DNA of 64,000 bases from Candidatus Thorarchaeota archaeon (GTDB lineage Archaea > Asgardarchaeota > Thorarchaeia > Thorarchaeales > Thorarchaeaceae): positions 1 through 64,000 of the forward strand of contig JBHLRS010000006.1 in assembly GCA_048882325.1 (NCBI GenBank), in the 5' to 3' direction. The notes under the pieces are model-generated. The model worked only from the letters and a program-made list of their open reading frames with translations. It was not told where the DNA came from and did no database searches. Below, in pieces: positions 1 through 7,530 of the stretch (positions within the stretch are counted from its first letter, which is position 1; each line of letters begins with the position of its first letter). Made by a program: the position numbers and the translations under genes.

Positions 1-2
1 TT

Positions 3-80
3 GGGGCCGTAGTCTAGCCTGGATAAGGCACCAGCCTCCGGAGTTGGTTATCCCCGGTTCAAATCCGGGCGGTCCCGCCA
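3..80 (+). tRNA. tRNA-Arg(CCG)
   Basis: Acceptor stem GGGGCCG/CGGTCCC, anticodon arm CCAGC-CT-CCG-GA-GTTGG, T-loop GGTTCAAATCC, encoded CCA, A20 arginine identity element in GGATA. Confidence 0.95.
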
Positions 81-158
81 TACAGGCCCCTATTTTTGCA
101 GTCTCTCGGAGTTTAAAAGACATCATTTTGCATTGTATGTGAACGTGAGGCCAATCAA

Positions 159-365
159 ATGAGTATCCTAAATGGACGGGGTTCATCCACAGATCGCATT
201 GTGAGCAGATTCACCAGGTATCTCAATGGTCCAATGGGCAAGACAGTTCTGGAGAATCTAGAAGAGGGCGAGCACTTCATTCTGCAGACATCCGATCATA
301 CGTTTCGAGTGACAAAACGAAGAGGTCGTGCAGTGGTGGAACTTCTTCAGTTGCAGCTTGCATGA
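159..365 (+). CDS. Small hypothetical protein (68 aa)
   Basis: ATG start with GTGAGG upstream, protein-like composition, fills the gap after the tRNA. No family recognised. Confidence 0.65.
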   Translation: MSILNGRGSSTDRIVSRFTRYLNGPMGKTVLENLEEGEHFILQTSDHTFRVTKRRGRAVVELLQLQLA

Positions 366-403
366 TGTTTCATATCACATAAACCCTAACTCTGTTTTCA
401 CAG

Positions 404-460
404 CGAAGACCCTATAAGTCAAACTTAGCCCCGACTGAATGGGGTCGTAGTCTGGCTTAG
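404..460 (+). repeat. Degenerate direct repeat of the tRNA-Arg(GCG) promoter, leader and first ~20 nt (copy 1; copy 2 is 861-918)
   Basis: cgaagaccctataagtcaaacttagccccgactgaatggggtcgtagtctggcttag aligns with cgaagactctataagtcaaacttggcccccgattgaatggggccgtagtctagcctgg. Confidence 0.9.
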
Positions 461-503
461 AGTTAGTATCACATATTGTGAATTGTAAGGAGATGTATCT
501 TGA

Positions 504-860
504 TTGGGCATATACGAGGCACTAATCTTTGTTATCATAGTATTTAGTGGGATGGTATTGGTATTTATCCCAATAGTAGTTCAATTCAGTCTTAGAGGAA
601 ATGGAAAAACAATCAAGCTGCCGCTAAGATTGTATTTTAAAAATCCTCGAAAATACTCATTCTACTGCGCAGTATGCGGAGCAGTAGGAATAGGGCTTAT
701 CGCCGGAACCAGTAGTATCTATCAATTCTATGATGGTAATTATACAATGTGTCTACTGCTACTTATTGCAGCAGTGATTGGTATGCCCTTTTCTGCATGG
801 CGCATTTATTACAATTTGATCAACCTCAATATCTCAAGTAGTAATTCATCAGGTTTCTAA
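504..860 (+). CDS. Small AT-rich membrane protein (~3 TM)
   Basis: TTG start with AAGGAG upstream, three hydrophobic segments, visibly AT-richer than its neighbours. Confidence 0.75.
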   Translation: MGIYEALIFVIIVFSGMVLVFIPIVVQFSLRGNGKTIKLPLRLYFKNPRKYSFYCAVCGAVGIGLIAGTSSIYQFYDGNYTMCLLLLIAAVIGMPFSAWRIYYNLINLNISSSNSSGF

Positions 861-898
861 CGAAGACTCTATAAGTCAAACTTGGCCCCCGATTGAAT
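861..898 (+). promoter_or_regulatory. Putative BRE/TATA promoter and leader of tRNA-Arg(GCG)
   Basis: Purine-rich CGAAGA followed by CTATAA about 25-30 nt upstream of the mature tRNA 5' end. Confidence 0.55.
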
Positions 899-976
899 GG
901 GGCCGTAGTCTAGCCTGGATAAGGCACCAGCCTGCGGAGTTGGTAATCCCCGGTTCGAATCCGGGCGGTCCCGCCA
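899..976 (+). tRNA. tRNA-Arg(GCG)
   Basis: Same cloverleaf as 3..80 with anticodon GCG, T-loop GGTTCGAATCC, encoded CCA, followed by a T-rich tract. Confidence 0.95.
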
Positions 977-1073
977 CTCCTTTTCTTCCAACGACAAGAA
1001 GCTTAAATGTGATACTAAAATCGACAATGCATAAGTGGAAAGATAATTTTCCGCAACATCGTGAGACCCGATT

Positions 1074-2201
1074 ATGCAGTTCACACCACAAAGACTTGAC
1101 AAAGTACATCGAGCAATGCGTAGAGAGGAAATCGATGCATTACTCGTTACTCGTCGACAGGATGTTCAATACCTCACTGGATTTCAGTATAGAGGTGTGA
1201 CTATTCCAATATGTTGTATCATTACTGAAGACCATCAACCACAGCTAGTACTTCCTGACAAACCGGAATTGGTCTCTCCCCGAGAATCTATGATGGCAAA
1301 GTTACGTCCATTCAATGAAACCTCTTTCGATGCTTGGTCACGAACACGCGGTGTAGAGTTCTGGGATCAGGTAACAGGCATCCTGAAGGAACTCGGTCAC
1401 ACTGGGAGCATGATTGGACTGCAGCATGATAGACTCTCTGTGCGCGAGTTTGAGAAATTAAAACAGGCACTTCCGGAAGCTGGCTTTAAAGACTTTTCAC
1501 CAAGCCTCTGGACTCTACGATATATCAAAGATGCAGCTGAGATAGACGCAATACGGAAAGCTGTCAATATTAGTGAGATTGGTGTCAGAACCGCTCTAGA
1601 GGTAGTAGCGACTGGTAAGTCAGAGGAAGATGTTTCACTCGAGATTGAGTCAGCAATGCGTAGTGCTGGTGGTCAACAACGCGGGATTCGTGCCGCTGTT
1701 CTGTCTGGTGTTGATGCACATCTACCATTTGCAGAACCTGGGGTGTCCAGAATCAGTGCTGACGATCTGGTGGTGCTGGACATGACTGTGAGCCACTCGG
1801 GCTACTTTGGAGAGCTGGCGAGAACAATACATCTTGGCAAACCATCTGAGAAGCAACGGAAGCTTTTCGATTATGTGATGAATTCTACTCGTTTATTGGA
1901 AAAACGCTTGAAACCTGGAGCTCAACTCAAAGACTTGGCAGAGAAGACCTTGAAAAAACTTGGCAAGAGTTTCCCCAGCGACACCATCATCCAACCTTTA
2001 GGCAATTCGATTGGGTTAGACCTCTATGAACCTCCCTACATTGTTCTTGAGGCACAGCAATCACTCAGGGAAGGAATGGTCCTTTCAATACACCCGACTG
2101 GGTATGCACCTGGAGTTGGAGCTGTCAAGATAGCTGATGTTGTTCTGATAACTCAGGATGGATTCGAGAACCTCACAGCACTTGCTCGAGAAACCATGTG
2201 A
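1074..2201 (+). CDS. M24 Xaa-Pro peptidase/creatinase-fold protein with degenerate metal ligands
   Basis: Creatinase-like N-domain (IDALLVT..DVQYLTGF), R.IKD..EI linker, pita-bread motifs DLVVLD..GYFGELART, LGNSIGL..YEPP, GMVLSIHP, VKIADVVLIT. Confidence 0.85.
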   Translation: MQFTPQRLDKVHRAMRREEIDALLVTRRQDVQYLTGFQYRGVTIPICCIITEDHQPQLVLPDKPELVSPRESMMAKLRPFNETSFDAWSRTRGVEFWDQVTGILKELGHTGSMIGLQHDRLSVREFEKLKQALPEAGFKDFSPSLWTLRYIKDAAEIDAIRKAVNISEIGVRTALEVVATGKSEEDVSLEIESAMRSAGGQQRGIRAAVLSGVDAHLPFAEPGVSRISADDLVVLDMTVSHSGYFGELARTIHLGKPSEKQRKLFDYVMNSTRLLEKRLKPGAQLKDLAEKTLKKLGKSFPSDTIIQPLGNSIGLDLYEPPYIVLEAQQSLREGMVLSIHPTGYAPGVGAVKIADVVLITQDGFENLTALARETM

Positions 2202-2207
2202 TTACGC

Positions 2208-2726
2208 TTAGCGTTGCCATCGTTTCAGTTTCATGAATGTCTGAGTTATGGTTTCAACACGAATGGTGTGTTTTTCAACCTCTTCCCGTGAAATCTCTCT
2301 GATTTGAGCTGCTGGTGCTCCCGAGTTTTGAGTTCTGGGTGGAATCACAATGTTGGGTGGAACAATGCTTCCTGGTGCTAAGGACACTTCTGCTCCAATG
2401 GTGGCACCATCGAAAATCACACAGCCTTCTCCAATGTACACACTATCCCCAATATAGACCCCATGGATTGCAGTTGCAGTAGAAATAATGACGTCATTGC
2501 CAATGATAGCTGGATTTCCCTCATTGTGTGCATGGATAACAACACTGTCCTGAACACATGTGTTCTCACCTATGCGGACTGAGGCTTGATCACCTCTGAT
2601 TACAGCACCTGGCCAAATATTCGCCCCTGCCAAAATATCAACCTCGCCCATTATGGTTGCCTGAGGACTGACGTACGCTTTTGCATCAATTTTTGGACTC
2701 TTGTCACCAAATGGTAGAATTGGCAA
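2208..2726 (-). CDS. Gamma-carbonic-anhydrase-like hexapeptide-repeat protein
   Basis: Left-handed beta-helix repeats, IWPGAVIRGD and QD..VIH motifs; GAGGTG SD before the TTG start. Confidence 0.9.
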   Translation of the reverse strand: MPILPFGDKSPKIDAKAYVSPQATIMGEVDILAGANIWPGAVIRGDQASVRIGENTCVQDSVVIHAHNEGNPAIIGNDVIISTATAIHGVYIGDSVYIGEGCVIFDGATIGAEVSLAPGSIVPPNIVIPPRTQNSGAPAAQIREISREEVEKHTIRVETITQTFMKLKRWQR

Positions 2727-2799
2727 GTATCACACCTCTATTTGTATCGAATAACACGCGTCGTGCAGTCATATAAAATATCATGCGACTTGTTGAGGC

Positions 2800-3174
2800 T
2801 CAACTCTCACCTAAAAAGTAGGCGACCACTTCCTCGTAATGCTCAGCTGGTCTGAGTCCAATCAATCGGCTCAGAGTTTTCTTCTCACCTGTCTGTTGAT
2901 GTGTCACTTCGTACTTAGCTGGCTCTCCATCAAAGAAAATCAAGACACACGGTATAGCATGAATACCATTTTCCATTGCGAATTCTTGGTAGTTCTGCGT
3001 ATTCACCTTTAGAAACCTGATGTCTGGATTGTCTGCATACTTCTCCTCAAGTTCTTCGAGAATTGGTGTCAACGCTTTGCATGGTTGGCACCAGTCTGCC
3101 CAGGCATCTACAAAAAGGAGTCTGGTTTCTTTCATTGCTCGTTCAACATCGTCGGGTGACACATCGTCGACCAT
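2800..3174 (-). CDS. Thioredoxin (WCQPC)
   Basis: VDAWADWCQPCK active site and cis-Pro loop AIPC. Confidence 0.92.
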   Translation of the reverse strand: MVDDVSPDDVERAMKETRLLFVDAWADWCQPCKALTPILEELEEKYADNPDIRFLKVNTQNYQEFAMENGIHAIPCVLIFFDGEPAKYEVTHQQTGEKKTLSRLIGLRPAEHYEEVVAYFLGES

Positions 3175-3240
3175 GTGAATTCCCCTGCATGGCAGGCTAA
3201 GAACTTTGTTTGGGTTTCACTAGAACATACAGTTATTCGA

Positions 3241-3281
3241 AAAGGAAATTTCCCGGTGAGGAAGATTATCTTCCTCTGGGG
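3241..3281 (-). terminator. Putative terminator or palindrome downstream of the WCGPC thioredoxin
   Basis: Perfect inverted repeat GAGGAAGAT-T-ATCTTCCTC (3258-3276), followed on the minus strand by TTTCCTTTT. Confidence 0.5.
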
Positions 3282-3290
3282 GTCAAGGAA

Positions 3291-3653
3291 TTATGCAGCT
3301 TCCATTTCTAGAAGATTGTCTGCAATCTGTTCGTAGACCTCTGGTGGCATCACACCAACCAGTTTGTCCATCTTTCTGCCTGCTCCGTCATCGAAGATGA
3401 CCCTCTTGCCTTCAGAGTAGACTAAAACACTTGGAACTCCAGTGATCTGGTTCTCCATGCTAAACTCTCTGTTATGGTCAACGTCAAGCTTAACGACTTT
3501 CAGACCCTTGCCAGCATACTTGTCATCCAGCTCCTCCAGAATAGGACCAAGTGTTTTGCAGGGGCCACACCAGACTGCATGACAGTCCACGAATACTACC
3601 TTGTGTTCTTCAACGATTCTTGGCAAATCATCGGAACTAATGTCTTCGACCAT
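3291..3653 (-). CDS. trxA: Thioredoxin (WCGPC)
   Basis: VDCHAVWCGPCK and GVPS. Start placed at MVEDIS (3653) because it has a GGAG SD and matches the paralogue start MVDDVS. Confidence 0.92.
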   Translation of the reverse strand: MVEDISSDDLPRIVEEHKVVFVDCHAVWCGPCKTLGPILEELDDKYAGKGLKVVKLDVDHNREFSMENQITGVPSVLVYSEGKRVIFDDGAGRKMDKLVGVMPPEVYEQIADNLLEMEAA

Positions 3654-3785
3654 CGTAATTGTCTCCCGTCTCCGGGTCGGTTGTGCATTCTCGTTGCACA
3701 TCCGTTATAAACTTGTTGTTATCACCCAGTTCTTCTGGAACAACATTATTATTCTCCTGCTGCTTGTATGACTCAGTGGTAGGAA

Positions 3786-4814
3786 TTGTGTCCATCCAAA
3801 GATTACATGATTGGAGCAGAGAAGAAGGTTGGTGAGGAAGGAAACGCTCCATACTTCCTATACAATTATCTTCCTATGGATATTGCTTTTGCTTCAGTCA
3901 TGTTCGAACCTCTGGCAGGTGCACCCTTTCCACCCATATCAATGCCCTTTACCCCTACAGGTATCTTGCTTTGGCTGGTAATTATTTTCACTATTGCATC
4001 TACAATTCAAATCATCATCCAGATAGTTTTACGTTATCGATTTAGAAATCCATACACAAGTCCTGAGTTGGAACACATTCTTACAAAAGTACGTAGTAAA
4101 ATGAACCTCAAAAGCTCAGTTGAAGTCTGGCTACTTGAAAGTGACAAGACTGTACTTGTTCCACTGTCTGGGATATTCTATAGAGCATTAGTCATTTCGA
4201 AGTCTGCTGAGGATGATCTTCTCGCATCACCGGACATGGCTGAACTTGTTCTTGCTGACAATCTAGAATCTGTTCAAGAACTCCCCCTCTTAAGTACCTG
4301 GATACCCATTACGCTCATGGTTTTTCCTTCCTTCATGTGGGTACGATGGACCGGATTGACAATTGAGCAGATTGTGGCAGTATCTTGGGCACTCTTCTGG
4401 GTTTTGGTCATCATTAGTGGTAAGCAGCTACTTGTTGGTAGAGGGGAGGAGAAATGTACTGTTCTTGAAACATATGGCACTCATCCCGACGTCGCAAGAT
4501 GTGTTGTGTTTCGTGGTTCTCCACCGACTTATCATGATAAGAAGGAGATCTTTAAACAGCTCCATGACCCGCTCTCAAAAGAAGTCAATCGAACAAAAAG
4601 ATACAAGGTCTTCTTCGTTGCCCTAGTAATTGCTCTATTCACAGGCTACATTCTAACTTCATGGGTTTCCAATTTCACTCCAATAGAATTCCCACCAATC
4701 AATATACTTGTCCAGTTACTACCAATGCTGGTGTCATTACTCCTTTTCGAGGGTCTTTTCTCCTATCGTACGAGAAGCAGGTACGAGATTGTTGATCTTC
4801 CATCAACCTCGTAG
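3786..4814 (+). CDS. Membrane protein with an M48/HtpX-like domain lacking HEXXH
   Basis: Several TM segments; LEHIL...VEVWLLES...ALVISKS...ELVLADNLESV follows the HtpX pattern, and GTHP is present. Start uncertain. Confidence 0.6.
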   Translation: MCPSKDYMIGAEKKVGEEGNAPYFLYNYLPMDIAFASVMFEPLAGAPFPPISMPFTPTGILLWLVIIFTIASTIQIIIQIVLRYRFRNPYTSPELEHILTKVRSKMNLKSSVEVWLLESDKTVLVPLSGIFYRALVISKSAEDDLLASPDMAELVLADNLESVQELPLLSTWIPITLMVFPSFMWVRWTGLTIEQIVAVSWALFWVLVIISGKQLLVGRGEEKCTVLETYGTHPDVARCVVFRGSPPTYHDKKEIFKQLHDPLSKEVNRTKRYKVFFVALVIALFTGYILTSWVSNFTPIEFPPINILVQLLPMLVSLLLFEGLFSYRTRSRYEIVDLPSTS

Positions 4815-4866
4815 TCGGTGCCAAAGTTTGATAAGACGCAGCGAAGGGATGTGAATTCCTAAGAGT

Positions 4867-7515
4867 TTGGTGATATCTGTGCCTGTTCTACACTGTCCAA
4901 AATGTGGTTCTCGCCTTGACTTCAGCAGAGTGGGCGATATCTGGACAGTGACATGTTTCTCTTGTAATGTCGAGGTTTCAACTGGCGGAAAGAAGACGGA
5001 CCTTTTTGATGCATATGAGGCTTATGCCGCTCAAGCTCTGAAAGGTACGGCACAGACGATAACTGACTACAAAAAGAAAAAGTATCTCGGTTCTGGAGCT
5101 GACACTCCAAAGAAGAAGCGAAAACTTGATCCCAGCGCCCGGGTCCAGTCTCAAGAGGACATCAATAGACTTGTGACTGAGGGTGGAGCTGACATAGGTG
5201 AACTTCAGGAGTCACTCAGAAAACTTCTCTCCAGTGGTAGAGACTATCTTGTAAAATACGAACTGATGCCTGCCACAGATGCCGAGTATGGTATTGACCT
5301 TGACAAACTCAGCATTCCAACCAGACTGAAAAAACATCTCAGTGGCCAAGGTATTAGGATCCTATACAAATTCCAAGAAGAATCGTACAATGCTATTGAG
5401 AATGGTGAAGATATTGTCATTGCAGCACCAACTGGTCAGGGGAAGACAGAGGGTTTCATTCTTCCCATCATAAGAAACCTACTCATCACTGTGCAAGAGT
5501 CATTTGCAAATCCGGGTGTCAGGGCACTACTGATTTATCCAACGAAAGCCCTTGCTCGAGACCAGTTCGATAAAATCCGACAGATGTGCAAAGCCTCAAA
5601 CCTTACGGCTTCGATTTTCGATGGTGATGTTTCAGCAAATGCACGACAGAAGATTTACGATGCACCACCTGACATTCTTCTGACGAATCCAGATGTTCTT
5701 CATTATCATCTTGGTTGGTCTCAATCTCGACTGGTTCCGCTGCTCCGAACCGTACAATTTGTGGTTTTGGATGAGATTCATCTCTACACCGGTTCGATGG
5801 GGACAAATGTCTACTACATTCTCAAAAGGCTGGAACTAGAATCAGGTAAGTTCCAGAAGATTGGTGCGTCTGCAACTGTGTCCAATCCTAAGGAGTTTGC
5901 AGATGTTTTGTTTGACTCAGAGGTCAGACTCATCGAGTCAAAGACAGCTAAACGTGGTCCTGTCCACTTCATGATGTACTATCCTGGGATGAGGAGTAAA
6001 TACAGCATGATTGTTGACCTTGTTGGTCAGCTTCAACAGGGAAAGTTCAAGACACTTGTTTTTGGGAACACTCACTCAGAGGCTGAGGTCCTAAACATGC
6101 TCATATCTGATACTGGAGTGAAATCCATGGTCCATCGGGCTGGTTTACCAAAGAAGTATCGAAGTGAAGTGGAAGATCAGTTCAGAGGTGGAGATTTACC
6201 TGTCATTGTTTCCACACCTACTCTAGAACTCGGAATCGACATCGGTGATCTGGACAGTGTGGTAAGTATGATTGTTTCAATCACAAGACTCACGCAACGC
6301 GTGGGACGAGCAGGAAGGAAAGGTCAAGAGAGTGTTGCCATCCTTGCTCTGAGGGAGAATGATCCCATCTCATCTTTCTATCGTCATCAGCCTGACAAGT
6401 ACTTCTCAGACATTGATGCTGCTTACATGGAACCCGAAAATGAGGTCGTTGGTTACTACCAACTTATTGCAGCAGCTATGAGTGAAAAGATGAAAGTTTC
6501 TGATTTTTCACGGCATCAGTTAATCATTGACAAACTAGAGAGTGAGGGTATCCTTCAAGCCCAAGAAGATGACAGTGTCCGCGTTGTTGACTTCGATGAG
6601 GCACGAAAGGCATGGCGCGGTTATAGTATCAGAGGGATTGGTGATACTGTTCAGATTAAGACTGGAAATAAGGGTCTAGGTGAACGGTCGATGCCAATGG
6701 CTGCTCAGGAACTTCACCCTGGTGCCATTTATCTCCATGGTGGCAAGAACTACATTTCTGTAGATTTCAAATACACACCGGGATTTGGAAGGGCTTCTGT
6801 TGTTCAGCATACGGATCGGAGTGCACATACAAAACCACTCTACTCAACTATGCCACAAATAATCGACATCATTGAACGAAGCAAGATTCTTGGTCTCAAT
6901 GCAGTCTATTGTACTCTTGAAATGACTCAGACAGTAGATGGTTATGTGAAAAAAGAAACAAGAACTGGAAGAACCTTGAGCCGTCATGGTCTAGCAACAC
7001 CTCTCACCTACAAGTATCGCACACGAGGTTTCGCATTTACAGCGCCAGAACCAGTTCAGGCTGTTAATGATCATGCCTCTGGGAAGTTGACTGGTCTTAA
7101 GGGGCCCAAGATGGGTCCTGCAGAGCTCTTTGGTGGTTCATTTCATGCCCTTGAACATGTATTGATTGAGTCAAGTGACATGCTTACCGGAGGTGGCACA
7201 CGTGAAATTGGCGGTGTTTCAATGGGGGACTCGGGTATCATCTTTGTGTACGATGGTAGTCCCGGAGGAAACGGAGCCTCTAAACTTCTGTTCACCAAAC
7301 TTGACGAAGCTTTCGCAAGAGTAAAAACAATCATCGAGCAGTGTGACTGCAAGACGATAGATGGTTGTCCTCTTTGTACATATTCATATCAATGTGGTAA
7401 TAACAATCATCCACTATTCAAACTAGGTGCTCTAGAAAGTGTCAAACGTATTCTCGAAATGGTGGAAACCACTGTTGACACGGAGGGATACGTAGGATAT
7501 CAACCACTAGTCTAA
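4867..7515 (+). CDS. DEAH-box SF2 helicase with C-terminal DUF1998/MZB domain (Hrq1/MrfA/SftH-like) and N-terminal Zn ribbon
   Basis: APTGQGKT, YPTKALARDQ, DEIH, SAT, TLELGIDIG, QRVGRAGR; C-terminal HALEH, YDGSPGGNG, CDC...GCPLC...C. Confidence 0.92.
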   Translation: MVISVPVLHCPKCGSRLDFSRVGDIWTVTCFSCNVEVSTGGKKTDLFDAYEAYAAQALKGTAQTITDYKKKKYLGSGADTPKKKRKLDPSARVQSQEDINRLVTEGGADIGELQESLRKLLSSGRDYLVKYELMPATDAEYGIDLDKLSIPTRLKKHLSGQGIRILYKFQEESYNAIENGEDIVIAAPTGQGKTEGFILPIIRNLLITVQESFANPGVRALLIYPTKALARDQFDKIRQMCKASNLTASIFDGDVSANARQKIYDAPPDILLTNPDVLHYHLGWSQSRLVPLLRTVQFVVLDEIHLYTGSMGTNVYYILKRLELESGKFQKIGASATVSNPKEFADVLFDSEVRLIESKTAKRGPVHFMMYYPGMRSKYSMIVDLVGQLQQGKFKTLVFGNTHSEAEVLNMLISDTGVKSMVHRAGLPKKYRSEVEDQFRGGDLPVIVSTPTLELGIDIGDLDSVVSMIVSITRLTQRVGRAGRKGQESVAILALRENDPISSFYRHQPDKYFSDIDAAYMEPENEVVGYYQLIAAAMSEKMKVSDFSRHQLIIDKLESEGILQAQEDDSVRVVDFDEARKAWRGYSIRGIGDTVQIKTGNKGLGERSMPMAAQELHPGAIYLHGGKNYISVDFKYTPGFGRASVVQHTDRSAHTKPLYSTMPQIIDIIERSKILGLNAVYCTLEMTQTVDGYVKKETRTGRTLSRHGLATPLTYKYRTRGFAFTAPEPVQAVNDHASGKLTGLKGPKMGPAELFGGSFHALEHVLIESSDMLTGGGTREIGGVSMGDSGIIFVYDGSPGGNGASKLLFTKLDEAFARVKTIIEQCDCKTIDGCPLCTYSYQCGNNNHPLFKLGALESVKRILEMVETTVDTEGYVGYQPLV

Positions 7516-7530
7516 TGAGGTGAATGTCAC

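Noticed and set aside
441-460. Possible split-tRNA half
   Set aside because: Only ~20 nt, with mismatches in the stems; I saw no matching 3' half or BHB motif, so it is better explained as a repeat remnant.
869-1200. Short ORFs overlapping tRNA-Arg(GCG)
   Set aside because: They are translations of the tRNA sequence with no coding features.
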